From Ramazzottius varieornatus (lineage: Eukaryota; Animalia; Tardigrada), in contig BDGG01000008.1 of NCBI GenBank assembly GCA_001949185.1, positions 434,001-498,000 on the forward strand: 64,000 nucleotides of DNA, given 5' to 3'. This document shows positions 35,101 through 59,274 of the stretch, piece by piece (position 1 is the stretch's first letter; the number at the start of each line of letters is the position of its first letter). The position numbers and the translations under genes are program-made. The notes under the pieces were generated by a model. The model had not been told where the DNA came from, made no database searches, and saw only the letters and a list, made by a program, of their open reading frames with translations.

Positions 35101-38100
35101 CGTTAAGAAGGCATTACGATGGTTAACTTAGCCTGTTATTATTGTCCGCTACCTACTCGGCCCTTTGATTATTCTAATTGCTGCCGAAGGTGTCTGTCTG
35201 GACTTTCAAATTTTCCACGGACTCCGACCTGTCTTGTTGCGGGCATTGAAGCCGAGCACACAAAGTGTCGTTGAGGAAGGAGAATGCAGGCACAATCGAC
35301 ATCGCGGTCAGGGATGAGCAGTTCGTGCGTGTAATGCGGCTAACTGAACGAACGAAGCGAGCGGTCAAGCAGGAAGTCGGTTAACTATAATACAAGCTGT
35401 GCTTCTTTAACCTGTTCTTGCTTTTGAGTTATCTATCTTTCTAGTGAGGTACACCACGATTAAACTTCGACGAATGCAGGATCAGGCAGCTTCTGTTTGC
35501 TGAGTCAACAGTAGAAAGGCTCAAACGCGTGAATAGCTTCTTGTTCGCACACCGAAATCTTCTGCCTATGCATAGTTTATTTACTTAGGTTCTGTCGGCA
35601 TGGTTCAAGCATTCCTGACCAGAATTGAACCTTTCGAAAGTAAAGTCTGTAGAAGTCATGGCGGCTCAGAGACCCAATAGTCCCAGGTTAAAATTTTCCC
35701 TCAAAATTTTCGCATTTGAAATTGATTGAAAAAAAGGTTTTTCATTCAAGTGATTGATTTAAATATTTTCTTCTGTTTTTTCTTGGAGTGAATCGTGACA
35801 GAAATGCACGCCGATCCGAATATGTCGTCTGGATCTTCCGTGGAATGCAAGATTGGTAGAAGCAAAAGGCGTCCTGGTCTTCGCTTGGCGACTTCATTCT
35901 TCTGTCAGGGAATTACCTGTCTCAACTTTCGAAGATACTTTCCTCGTTTCCCCGTCTGTCCGTTGATTAGACAGTGATGGAGGCGACGACATCGGACCTT
36001 TAAGTGCCATAAAATAGTGTTCCTAATAGATTTTGATAGCTGCGTCTGACCTCTGGTCATTTGATTCCCGCATTGCTCGCCGCGGATAATGGTCAGCCGT
36101 ACATGAGCACGGATCAACGAATTGTCCACCTGTCTCTTCTTTGTAATTCCCGTTTAGCCAAACAATACGGCCTTCTACAGTCTGCGCTCTCTCAGCAGTC
36201 CATCCGAGACATTCGAGACGAGCGGAGATACTCTGATTGCCGTAATTAACCCTGTTGACGTTCTCGCAATTACCCGCTCTATCTCCGTGCCATCTCATAC
36301 TTTCCTGCCATATCGAATTTTCACTCTAATAACCCCTACAACACACTCTCCGCGTTTGAATTCTTCACCGTCAGAAACGAAGAATTTCATACTGATGGAA
36401 GCTCGTATGATGGTTCTCTAATATGATGAAAGGTGCGTAAGTCGAGTGGGTGGTTACGGAGACCGTGTGTTTCAGTGACACAGTCACACAGACAGTACAA
36501 ACACGGAAGAAGCAATTATGAGAAATGAAATATGGCGCTGTCATTCAATAGTCGGATTTGCCAGTCGAGCTTAATGACATATTACCTTTTCTTCTGGCTT
36601 TTTGTTGTTCAGCGAGCGATGGGTTTTTTTATGCCAGAAAAGTGGAAAAACCACTTTGTCCAAAGGAGCCTTGCACATTGAAACAAAACTTATGGTATTC
36701 GGTTCTGAGCCGTCGAGTGAGACACGGAAAATCTCCGTTGATTGCACCAACCCTCGTTCGTTGGTTGTTTATCATTACTGTCGGTTATCTGGATTCTAGA
36801 ATTTAGAAACCTTCTCAAAATTAATGTACATAACAGAAGAATCTGACTTGAAAAATAAAGATAGGTCTCCCGAAGACTGCAAATCTTTCGTGTTGGGTCG
36901 TCGCAGTTTTGTTGTGTGGTGTACACAACGTGTGCTTGGTGGGACCTAATTGGGTTCGCCGCTTTGTGTTGTGACCCATCGGCAAAACAGCGGTTCTTTC
37001 TTTTGAAAATTTTGCCTTGGCAGCTTGGCCTATCAATTACGCCTTTTTAATGAATATATTCTAACTGTAAGGCACAAAACACCTACTGTGCAAAAGTAAG
37101 CCTGTAGCAAATCACAAATGAATGCGTAGTGTATATTTTAAAGTGTGCTAGACAAGAGCTTGAGGATCTGTCGGGGTTATCCGATGGGCATTGGCGGTCG
37201 AACACTGAATACTGAAACACACCCAAGTATAGTATACTGTAGATGAAGTATAGAGAAGCCATGATGGTCGCCTGCAGAAGTGTTATTGTTCGAATTCATA
37301 ATCCTCCGCCGCAGAACCTGTGGGCATGTTGTCCCTTCATGACCTACGGTGATATTCAAACATTAAATTCAGCTCTTGGACAAATTCGCTGATCGAAACA
37401 TCGAAGTCAAACCGCAGTGAGAAGTTTCCAGACTTGCCATGTGTTCATGAAAGCGTGGGGATATTTTCGGGATTTTAAGTTCGAGGATGTATCGAAACGG
37501 GATAGTTTATGGCAGTCCATTTTCAGACAGTCGGAGTATTATTTTGCGCAGGCGATTAAACCTTTACAGCATCTGTGAACGGGTCGTAAAGGAATATAAT
37601 AACGGCATCTTTCTTCCGCTTGCTTATGCAGGTTCGAAGAGGCTTTTCGACGCAAAGAGTATTAAGCTGATGGGCCGTTCCTTATTGTTCCGGCTGTTCT
37701 TCACCAGTCTGCCAATTGTCCGCCTATTGTGTCAAGGCCATGCAGACATACTTTCAGCTCAGGTTCTAAAATATGATTGATGATGTTTGAAGATGCGCTG
37801 CGTGCATTGTCATGAACAGAAATAGTGTGGAAACCACCTGTACGAAAATTTGAACTATAAAATTTCTGCAACGCCATCAGAAATGGGAGGCCGGGATACA
37901 GTTTTAGGATGACCGTCATGTTAAGTGGCGCATTTTGTGTTGCTGTTGGCCGAGAACTTGCACCACCTGACGTGACGTTCACCCCGAATTTTTTTGCCGG
38001 CCTCTTAGATCTTTCTTATTTTAAAGTTGGTAGAGCCAAAATCCACCAGTCAGAGTACAGTGCAGGGAGTTTACTGCTAGCGGGCAACTAAAATTAGGCT

Positions 38101-40116
38101 GATTGGTAATGCGGTGGCTTTTGATGGATCAGGTGGACAGTGTCCACATGTGTTCGCAGCAGGAAGTTTGGAAAATATTAGCATCTGTGCCTTCGTTTAC
38201 TGTATGGCGAAAGTCCATACTCTACTTCATCCGGCGAGGAACGCATTGTGTGGGGAAAACATCTTGCAGTTTGCGAGGAGAATGAAGTGAATGAGCGGAT
38301 GGATTATTTGTAAACGGCAGAGTAGCGCACCGGCCCTCATCGAAATCAAAGATAATTGGCCGCCAAGGCCTAGAGTAAACAAATCACTTGGAGCGCTCGA
38401 AACAATAGCCTCATTTGCTAAAGACACTAATCTGAGGACTCTGTCAACAATGCTCTCTATGGAACGTGCTCTTGAAATTAATACTTTGATCCATATTGCC
38501 TAGCCCGTTTGACACAGGAGCGCGCCGACTTTCGACACGGAACCTCTCAGTGGAAACTTGATCCAGGCCTAAACTTAACACATGGTCATGAAGACCCATT
38601 CAAAACATCCTAGTGAATTTTTGACAAATTTAGGAGTAGTCTGAATTTCTGTCCGCACGAGGAATCGAAATATAGAATTGGGAACGCAGACAATTTCAAT
38701 ATTAAAATATACTGCAATTGAAAAGAAAAACGTTTCTGTGCTGAAGACTATGGTGTAGCCTTCGTATGTGTACTATTCTCTCATGCATGATTTATCTTCG
38801 CCTAATGGCAGATCATATGCATATGCGAGCCGAAGAATAATTGCGGAGCTCGTGCGGCGAAATTGTCGTCAAACCAGTTTTATGACTTCGCCCGCACTAA
38901 GATTTTCCACTTTGCTTCTTGGTCTTAATAGTTGCACCTTGCAACAACCACTTAATCTTCCGCATAATTTTGGGTTATGCAGTATATTCTCGGTTCCGGC
39001 CGAACTCTTGATCGACGTCAGACGATTTTGGCTTGGCGAACCAGTGCGAAGCAGGCTTGGATGTGGCAAAGACTCTTACCGGTAGGACGTTCACTGCATG
39101 AACCGGTCTTTCGTAATCTCCACAAAAGTCTCTCTCGTTTACCGTTGGACAATATTGTGCGCGTGGAGAAAATGATTACAGACTGTTAGACGTGGAAAGA
39201 TTGATATTCACCTTCACGTCATGGACAGAGTAGAAATGGCAGCCAGGAAAGAGCTCGTCTCGAAGAGTGAACGGTAAAGAAAGAGACAAGATATGATTCG
39301 ACCTGTCTTGCTAATGGAAGAATTTTGATCGTCGAAGCTCGGGCTTCTGCGGTAATCAAGGCGAAAACCCGTTCTGACACGCATTGCTGCGTTGCTTCGA
39401 AGAGAAGTTGCACAAAAGTTTTATAGTTTTTCGTCGTGAGTAACGCATGAAGAAGGAAGCCATACTTTGACTTATTGTTGCTCGTTCGGTCGACGACGTC
39501 GGCGGTAGTAGCTGCTGCTTTAGTATACCCCACTCAAACGTTCTTTGCTTCTTCGCGACTCGGAAGGTCTCTCTCCACTTTTTTTACAAGTCTTTCACTG
39601 GGGGCGATCGTGCTTCGAACGTTGTGTTAGTGCTTCGCTTTTGGTATGCCCGGAGGAAGACTTGATGAGAAGTAACTAGCTTAGTTAGCCAGAGGAATTG
39701 TATGCTCGCCCGTGCACGACATTTCTCCTCCCGGCACCGGGCCACCAACCTTACACCACAGAGCTACCCAACCGAGGAAAGAAGGCAAAGTGGCTCCTGC
39801 AAACTCCTCCCGGCCATAGCGCCGTTATCGATATTGTTGTTTTTTTCTTGCGGATCTTTCCGTACACTCTCCTCGGCACCATCGGTCCTTGATCCATTCG
39901 TGGACCTCGCACAGCACGTTTCGTCGTTGAAAACCCCGGAAGGACTCGGTACCGTAAGTATAAAATATATTTCTCTTTTGTTAACATAATTATTCCGGAC
40001 TATTTTTGTATATCTGGGAACGGTTTATAGGCGGAAGAATCGATTGAGAAAGGACGGACAAACAAGAAGGGTATTCTGTGCAGCAGGAATTCGGGATTGG
40101 GATTTGAAGAAGTAAA

Positions 40117-50350
<10,234 letters not shown>

Positions 50351-50474
50351 CTCAATGCAAGAGAATGATTTATCAACCAGCGTTAATAATTTACTGGTAT
50401 CAATCAAAACACAGATAATCGAAACGTTGCTGTCGGTATTTTGTCAGAAGAAAGTTCTCAATTCTTTTAAGACA

Positions 50475-50488
50475 GACACACACGTACA

Positions 50489-50536
<48 letters not shown>
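50475..50536. repeat. (CA)n microsatellite downstream of the AP-2 stop
   Basis: Direct reading: about 30 near-perfect CA units. Confidence 0.95.
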
Positions 50537-50537
<1 letters not shown>

Positions 50538-50935
50538 TCTTTCGCGTCACCTCTTCTCCGGTATACGTATAAAATCTGACAGCGTACCTAATGTTGTTTA
50601 CTAAATTGCACGTTTTCGTTTAAACAGGAAGCAGACGTTATAGGCAGTCTTGTCAATGAATACTCATCATTCGTCTAAACAAACCGATTTTACTCTTTTC
50701 AAGCAAGCCGATTTTACCGAACAAACCGATTTTACTCTTTTGTACATGCTTTTCTTGCTAATTACAACCCTTCAATGTGCTAGAAATTTGTTTTATTCAT
50801 TTCTGTTCAGAAGTGTTCGGTCACGCAATGAAAAGCTGCTTTCTGAAAAACTGAAAAAATATCTTCATCGTTGTACAGTAAATTACTTTTCGAACAGGAA
50901 AAAAATGAGCAGAATTGAAACTTGGAAAAGAAACT

Positions 50936-53900
50936 CTAAAAAACGGACGGATACCTCGGGTTGAGATGCATGAGAGCAGCCTTCGCGGCATTGCTCTTCG
51001 CAGCCCGCGCGTTATTGCCGCGGCCTTTGAACGTACCTTTCCCCAGGATGGTCACTTGCATGGTACAACGTCCGTTTCCCAATGGCTCGACAGCCCTGCA
51101 ACCCCACATCAAAAGTACTTACAACCACAGCAGCACTTGGGTAAGAGTAAAGAAGCTAGAGCTCAGGTACGTACCCGAAGCGGCAATTGGGTCCTTCGGA
51201 TTCCATCAGCTCTCTCACCGAGTTACGCGGGCAGTGCCGAGCCACGTATTCTGGAACCAACAACGGAATTTCAAATTTGCTTATTACGCAGTCACAAGGT
51301 TCCCAGAGTCACATTTTACCTAGCTGTGGTCGCATCATGTTGTAGTAGACTTTGAAAACCACATCCAAGGACAAACCGCTATCGAGGAAGATCGCTCCCG
51401 CTACGGCTTCGAAGACGTCACCCAGGGCTTTCGGCGCCTCAGATTCCTCAAAGCCGGCCTCTTCCGCCTGCCCTTCTTCGTCGTCGCAGTTAGTGCATAA
51501 CTATGCAACGGAAAGTATTAAACATGAGACACGGAGCAAGTTCGGACGAGAATATCTTCGATACAAACCATGTCATCTTCCAGTCGGAGTATCTCACTGT
51601 TTTCCTCCCGGACCGTTTCGACGAACGCGTCAATCATGTTATGCAATCGCATACTGCGGAACTTGATGTGGTTATGGTAGTTGTACTTGACGGCCAAGTG
51701 TGACAATGTCCTGTTGTTGACCAGTGCCGATCGCATGTCCGACATGACACCCGGTTTATGTATCCTTCAAACGCGCGACCATTGACATGAAGCAAGAAAA
51801 CCGTGCGAAACAACAGAAGCCTTTTGTGGGCTTGCGTAATGTACTTACTTAACATCATCGTAAACGTAACGAGTGACCAGGAAGTCAATTAAGGCATCAC
51901 CCAGATATTTCAACCGCTGATAACAGTCGGTGATGTCGTTTGGATCGTAGGAGCTGTGGGTGAGAGCCTGAAGAAGGAATGCTTTGTTCCGGAACCTAAT
52001 AAACAAGCCTGCTATTTAGAACATAGGCAAATAAACCAGACCAAATCTTTATCCCAAATGGCGCATATTTTGGTTATCAATAGCTGACCGTGTGCGTCAC
52101 TTGGGAAAAAGATGTGGTTCAAAGGATTTGCTTACTTTTCTACACTTACTTGTATGCAATGCGAGCTTCGAAGTCATCAAAGCCCGCTGAAAGCCGCGTC
52201 AACACCAGCTCGGCATCCGGATCATCCTTCAACATCGGATTGGGGATGTCGGACGCGGTGAAGTACCCAAAACGGTCCGCCAGTATTTTGCTCTGACTAC
52301 TAGCCAACTCAGGAAGTACATGCAGACCCATCCAAGACATGAACAACTGAGCACTTCGTGCACTCGAGTGCATCAGGAACACCCCCGTCATGGCTTCGAT
52401 CATGTCGGCAACCGTCTTGTCTTCTAGCGCTTGGTAGACTCTAGGTGACGGAAACTTCTCGGCCTTGGTCCCTGAGTTGGCTAGGAGCATGTTGGATTCT
52501 TCTTCGTCAAAGTAGTATCCAGGGGGCACGAAATTCTCCAAAGGCTCAAACGCTTGGTTGAGCACGACGTGGTGCAGATCGCGTTCCTTCGCCAGCCGGT
52601 ACAGATTGTAGTTGGAAACCTGTAGACCACATTGTGTACATAAATTTAGTGCAAGATTAGCCAACAAATTTAACAAAATTGTTTTCCCAAGTGGCGCACT
52701 CCTTCGGTGGTACTTGCTGGAAGCGTGCGTCGCTTGGGAAAACACTGTTGTCGAGTCCTAGTCCCAGAAAGAGATGCATTTCTGCAAAAACCCTAACCTG
52801 CTGGTCGCACAGCTGCGTCAAGTAACCTTCTTGTCGTTTCGGAAAACGGAAGAACATGTGAATGTAGGAAGACAGTTTCAAGAAGGAGTCGCCAATGACT
52901 TCCAGACGTTCCAGGTTGAAGCCATCGCTGGCTTTGGCTGTTGTCAGCGCGTTGAGTATCTGGTTCGGGTCAGGTAGCGCCACCTTCTTGACATCTAGAT
53001 GGAACTCGGCATCCACGACGACAGGGGCTTCGGCCAGGTGGGCAGCCGGACCGTAGTGAGAAAGCTTTATCCGCTTGGCCTTTCCGTTTGGGATCATCGT
53101 CAGAGTTGTCTCGGGGTTAGCAAGACGCTGCTGTTTCTTCCACTTCTCCATCATGTAGAAGCGCTGTCTTTCGTAAGTGGCATAGACCAGCCCACCGTAG
53201 TCCGCAATGGTCTCGGCGTTCACATCAGCGACTTCCGGGTTAGCGGCCGCGCCTCTGGGCGGAAGTGAATTGGGAGCTTTATCCATGTCGACCTCCGTCG
53301 GCTCCGGCTCTGCTTCACCTAAAAAAAACCAGTTTTTCTGCCAACAAAGTTGTGCTAGGCACGATATATTCATAGCCTGTACGATATTTTCATAACACAT
53401 TTCGAAGAAAAAGGGCTTGGTTGACGCGATGCAACTGTTCCTACTCAGTTTCCCGGAATTTCAGTGTTGGAAATATCACGCTTCAGATACAGAAATGTCG
53501 ACAAGTGACATTTTTCACGTACCTGCAACATGAACGAGACATTGCGCATTACTATTCTGCCCACTACTGACACTTGCGATGGGTGGTGTCTTGTGAAAGT
53601 TGTATAGCAGAGGCTGCCATCCCTCTGGATCAGCAACCTCGCAGCCAACACCAATTTCTTCCCGGAATCTTTGTCGCAGATCCAGGACTTCGCAGTACCA
53701 ATGCAGACGGTGCATCACGGCAGGCAAGATCAAGGCTTTAACATACAGAGTGGCAGAGATAGGAAAGAGCTGGCAGAGTTCGGGGACCAGCATCAGATGG
53801 TCCCTGTTCCTCTGTTCGCTTCGCGGCTTCGATAACTGCTCCTCCTCCTCCTTTTGCGCTTGCGGATACCTCAGAGTGTTCAACCTGTAAAAACAATGCG

Positions 53901-56900
53901 ATGTGTAATCCAATCAAAACATCCTTATTGGTAAATCCGAGCCAAAATAGACTACGGCAAATGCATAATGAGCTCGGCAAACAAACTCGACAGGATTGTT
54001 TTCCCAAGCGGCGCACGCTCCTGGTATTATTGCCTGTAAGCATGCACCACTTGAAAAACTGATCTGACGGAGCTTCTTTGCTTAGCTCTCAGATAAACTT
54101 TCAAGAAGGTCAATTCGGAAAACATCTCGAGTATTAGATTCGGAACCCAGAATTCAGGAAGAATACTGACTGTCGGCTGCAGAAACAGGTCTCTAGGGTC
54201 GGTTGGTCCTGGTGCTGAATTTCGATCCCGTATTTCTTCTCAAAATACTCAGCATACGACATGCTTTCGTCCACCTTGAGCGCCATTCTTGGTGTGATAT
54301 CTGCCCTGATCCTAAGCACCAAATATCTTTCATCTGCCATCTTGTACCAGCGTACTACGACGCCATCCAAGAACTTCTCCGCTACGATCTTCATTCTCTT
54401 TCGGTTTTCAGCAGGCTGCGACACCACGACGTACTGCGCAGGGTCCTTCACCTTGTCGATCAGTGCCCAGTCAATGTCTAACGATCTCGTTAAAGGTACA
54501 GTGTACAAAGCTTCGTCAGTCACTTTAGGATCGAAATGTACGGCGATGGTTTCTGAGAAGCGTAGCACGTGCTCAAACACCGCGCAGTGAAACTTTTGAA
54601 CAGCATCGATCTGCGAAGCGGATAGCCGAAGTCCGTCACGGACTTCGGCCATCTCAATTCTGTACTCGAGCTTCAGGACATATACGAAAAACGGAGGGAT
54701 CTGCGGAATGGGGGAAGCGGAAAGCAAGCCTATGAAATGGCTCTCACTGCTCATGAACTGGGACGCCGAATTCAGTTGAGGCTGCTGACTCGGTATGGTG
54801 CGTATCACGTACAGGTACAGTGGGCGATCCGGCACGGGACGACAATTTCGCAGTGCAGCGGCGCTCTATGAACAAGAACAGCAAGACTTCAAAGCAAATC
54901 TGGTCTGACTTTCAGTGCTTTCCTACCCGTTTCACGTAGTATTGGCGTCGTCTTTTGGTACCAGGAAGAGGTTCGTTCTCGGGCACCATCTCCTTCACAT
55001 GGTCTCCCATGATGACTTCCATATCATTCAACAGCTGCCGCTCTTTCGGCAGCAAGTTCAAATCGAAGGCTCCTGCTTCGTACAGCAAGCGACAACACTC
55101 CAGCGCGGCGGACTGCTTCGCTAACTTTCGGTTCTTCATCAATCGACCCTTTGAAAACGATACCAAACATCCGATTTGCCAACAGAACCGCAGGTTGGCT
55201 TTGTACTTTACGTAAGACAGACTTGACTCACAGTAACCGGATGTTTCACTTCAGAGCTCAGCGGCATGTAGATGCGGTACAGAAACCAGCCGGTGCCTAT
55301 CGTATCTTCTGTATCGAGGAACTGGCCACGTGTCGCACTGAGGCTACTTCGTTCTGTTGGCATCGATTTGAGGTACCTACGAGTAACAGTTACACGTGAA
55401 AACTGTGTCCTTACCAAAAAGAACTACAGGAAGAAATCGGTTACTGTTGGAGAAGGGACATGGCCGAGCTCAAAGTGACCACGGCGCTCGATCCTGAAGG
55501 ACGGAATGAGTCGTGTGGCTTGTCGTCGAAATGCACTTTCTGCTTCCGGGCGTCCGGAATACTTCGCTCCAAGCAGGTTTTCTTCAGAGTATCGTCCATA
55601 GCGATATAAGCAGACAAATCCTTCTCAGTCACAGCACGATCCTCGTCGGACGTGAGTACGATGTATTTGGAGTTCTGGGCTCTCGCCCTACCTTTGGACT
55701 GCAAGTACGAGCAATAGTTCATAGGTCGATCAAACCTGTAATTAGGCAAAGCTAAATGTTCGGAAAACATACCAAAATCGAATCTTAGACGAACTTGCCG
55801 ATAAGTACGTACCGAACGATGAAGTTGCAGCTTGGCACATTCAGTCCTTCTTCCACTACACTGGTCGCGATCAACAGGTTGATATCCCCACGGCGGAACT
55901 TCTCGATGGTAGCCTGCGACTGCCGATAGCAAAGCTCGACCCGGTGGGGAAATTGGCCTGTATATTTCAAACGTCCTTGTACAACCGATGACAAAACTAA
56001 TATACGTAGACGAAATATCGTATTGACAAATTTGCGTACCTGCGTCTCCGTAGTCAGTTAGTTGGCCTACCAAGTAGCCACTCTTGATGTGCGAAAACTC
56101 ATTGTCCCTCTTGAGAGTCAAGAACTCGAAGAACTTGTGGAGGACCCATGCATCGTACCGTGTCGTTACGAAGACGATGCACTTCATACCTAAAACCACA
56201 GAAAAATAAGCAAGTCTGAATTCTTTATGTTTGAGATGCAGATAAGCATGCCTTACTCGCTTCTTGTTCCGAGGGTTTATTAGCCCGAAGTACTTCCATC
56301 AGTTTCTGCAACTTTGTGGACGACACTGCGAGAAGGCCGGCGACATCTCTGCTTTCGACTTTATGGACGCGGAAGTGAATCTCCAAGAGAGTTCCGAACA
56401 TGTGAAGCTCTGTGATGGCCATCATCACTGGCTGCGTCATCTCTTTACTAAAGCAGCTATTCTTAAGCATCATTTCGAAATCCTTCTTGATCATACATGC
56501 GATCTACGAAGTCATAAAGATAGCAAGATTAGTCCAAGAAGCGTATAAGTGATCTGAAATCTGTGGGCACCTGGTATCCGCACCATGGTCCCAGGATTCG
56601 TAGTGAATTGAGCAGCTGGGCGAATGTAGACTTGATGAGCGCTAGAGATCGGGCAATGTTCATCCGGAACTTGTCGTCCGTGGAATTCGTGAAGGCGATA
56701 TTCTTCTTCTGCTGCTTTGCTTCTTTCTCCAGTGCAGTCATGTAGCTTTTAGCCGAATCGATCCAGCTGATGTATTTACGGATACCCTCGACAGCTTCTT
56801 CTTCCCCACCTCCCGCCTGGTTTTCCTATGACAAGAACCCATTAAATGAGTAAACTTCACTGACCGAATCACTGCTAGGTATTTTTTCAGATGAAGTGAA

Positions 56901-57880
56901 TACGGCTACCAACCTTGAAACTTTCCAGACAGAGTGTTGGTTTAGCCTCGTGTTTCTTGATGGACTCATCGATGGATGTGCAGACTTTGGCGCCCAGACA
57001 ACTCTCCAGCTTCTGGATGAGTCCTTCCATTTCTGTGCCCACCTGTTCACCCTTCTTGATCTTGCAGTTGATGATGGAAGCAGTGAGACCTACGATGCGA
57101 GGTCGCTGTTCGGCTAGGCGATCTTGAATAATTTGCATGATTTCCCTGTACGGGTGATCACTGACGGCGTGATGGCACTCGTCAAAGATAAGCAAGTTGA
57201 TTCGGGCAACCTCTATAAAAATGAAAAATGAGACATTATGGGATCAAAGCCTGATACTTACATACGGAACGACCGGAAGTAACTTACCTAGCAAAGAGTG
57301 GAGAAGCAGTTTCAGTAGAATATCATGGATCAGCACCAAGATGCAGTTGTCTTCAAGCTGCTGGTCCCAGAACTCTTTTGTCCATGATAGGCCAGGACAA
57401 TTACCGTGATAGCCTTCCACCGGAAACGATGTCCAGCGTCGGATGTAATTAACCTGCTGCTCCACCAGAGGTACAGAAGGCACCACAAACACCGTGCGTT
57501 TTCCTCCTTCGTTCCAAGGCTTGAAATCGTACTCGAGACGTTTCATAATGCTTACCGCGACTTGCATTTTCCCCATGCCTGTTAAAACCAAACCAGTAAT
57601 CAGCACGTACAAAAACCACAGCACTAGTACACTCATATCGACCTACCGGTTCCAAGAGCGCAGATGATATTCTCTTTCATAGCTTTGTCAATCATTTCTT
57701 CCTGCAACATTTGATGCGTTGATAATAAGAAGGATGTTATTCCCACTTGTTCACAAGATAGATCAACGACCATACCTGATATGGTCGGTTTAAAATAACG
57801 TTGTCCTGATCTATGGGCAAATCTTCCTCTTCTTCTCCGTCCTGAGCTTCCCCATCAGGAGGATACACCATCCCGTCCAT
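50936..57880 (-). CDS. DICER1: Dicer-family endoribonuclease (helicase-DUF283-platform-PAZ-RNase IIIa-IIIb-dsRBD), more than 20 exons
   Basis: [105 protein letters not shown], and dsRBD ending [13 protein letters not shown]. Confidence 0.95.
52023..54090. mobile_element. Three palindromic element copies in Dicer introns (about 52023-52135, 52655-52765, 53970-54090)
   Basis: For example TTTTCCCAAGTGGCGCAC-N25-GTGCGTCGCTTGGGAAAA, and GAGCTCGGCAAACAAACTCGACAGGATTGTTTTCCCAAGCGGCGCAC. Confidence 0.82.
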
Positions 57881-58289
57881 GCTGGTGAGCGCAGATTTCG
57901 TCTCCTTCTAGATAAAAGATACTGAAACCGAATTCCGGAAAGAACGCTCCTCTTCGAATCTGCTACTGCTAGCAGTGCTACACGGTAACTGCCGAAGTCC
58001 AAACTTTTGCGAGAGCTCCGCCCAACAGGATGGCCTTCCAGCGGAGCTTTAGGATGAATCATAGACCGCTTGAGTCATCGTAGAAAGCTGTTCAGGCATT
58101 CTAAAGCCCTTAAATTGGGGAAACTATGGTAAGCCTGAGCCTATGGCGGAAAGATCAAAGGATGGGAACCAAGGTTCATTCACATCTGACGTAATGAAAA
58201 GCCCAGACCGGTTACCACGCCCATTGACCAATAGAAGAGAAACGACAAGCCAATAAACCAGCTGCGGTTGGGCGGTCAACCTATCAATG

Positions 58290-58460
58290 CCAATGACTAG
58301 TATCGGTGGTCAAACATAGCAATACAAATGGCCGACTCCTAGTGCTCAAGCTAGAAAGACCAATGGTCAACCACTAGTGGTCAAGACAGCAAGACCAACG
58401 GCTAGCCACTAGTGGTCAATCTACCTAGATCAATAGTCAACACTCGTGGTCAACCAACCT
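58290..58460. repeat. 35-bp-period minisatellite, 5 degenerate copies, between the divergent Dicer and TMEM170 starts
   Basis: Units start at 58290, 58325, 58360, 58395 and 58430; consensus about CCAATGGTCAACCACTAGTGGTCAAGACAGCAAGA. Confidence 0.75.
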
Positions 58461-59274
58461 ACCCACCCACCCTGGAGATTTTACCATTGCACGATCATCT
58501 TCCTACCTTCCTACCTAGTTACCCAGCCGCGTCGCTGCCGATCGCGCAGCAGGCAGCACGAGTTACGTCATACGCTGTCGGTCGTACCATTGTCCTACCG
58601 GCAGGGTCCTGAGAGTAATCAATTCTTTGTTAATCCACTACCTGTTTTCGCCAGTTGATTCGTACGAATTTGGTTGTTCAGACACAAATTCATGATTCAG
58701 CAAAAACTATAAAACTGGAAAAACCAGAAAAAAATCGGAGAAACATCCTAAAAAAAGGATCGTGCTGTCTGGAGCTCGAGCTTCCTCTGATGAGTTTGCG
58801 ATTCAGAGTCTCCTTGGGTATCCGCATTAAAGTTGCGCTAAAAACCACAACAAACGTCGCGACTCCAAGTACCTCCTGGCTTGCCATCGTAAACACAGTG
58901 GCTTAATCAAGTAATCAAAGCTTTCACTCTGAAGAAAAAAAACCGTTCCCATCAATCAACATACATGAAAAATCGATCACAGTCGATGTCAGCCAGTAAG
59001 GGCCACAACCATCGTACAATTAAATTTTAGTCAACTTTTGTGGGAATTTTTGAACCATTATTTTTTCCGCGGAAAGCTTTACACTTCCGTTACGGTTCCG
59101 TATCTTGTTCTTGGGTGCAGACTGCAGAGTTTAGATTAGCTGTACCAGCCCACCATGGAAGACCGTATCAGGCGATACAGACGACGGAATCTCTGAAGAG
59201 CTCGGCGGTTACTTGCGGATACGGGCAAGATCAGAATCGGCAGGTTAGCGGAACCACGCAGGTTAGCTGGCAAG

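Noticed and set aside
32526-35400. Patchy ORFs (for example 32526-33047 minus, 34348-34638, 34832-35131) with some splice-like signals
   Set aside because: I could not assemble a continuous frame or recognise any domain. It may be a decayed gene or transposon, but this is unsupported.
35400-39700. Many short ORFs upstream of AP-2
   Set aside because: No coding signature or motifs. More likely AP-2 regulatory/intergenic DNA.
50355-50579. ORF with HTHTHT run
   Set aside because: Translation of the (CA)n microsatellite.
50681-50740. Short direct repeats AAACCGATTTTACTCTTTT (and a 19-bp duplication near 32020-32056)
   Set aside because: Look like local slippage duplications, with no evidence of function.
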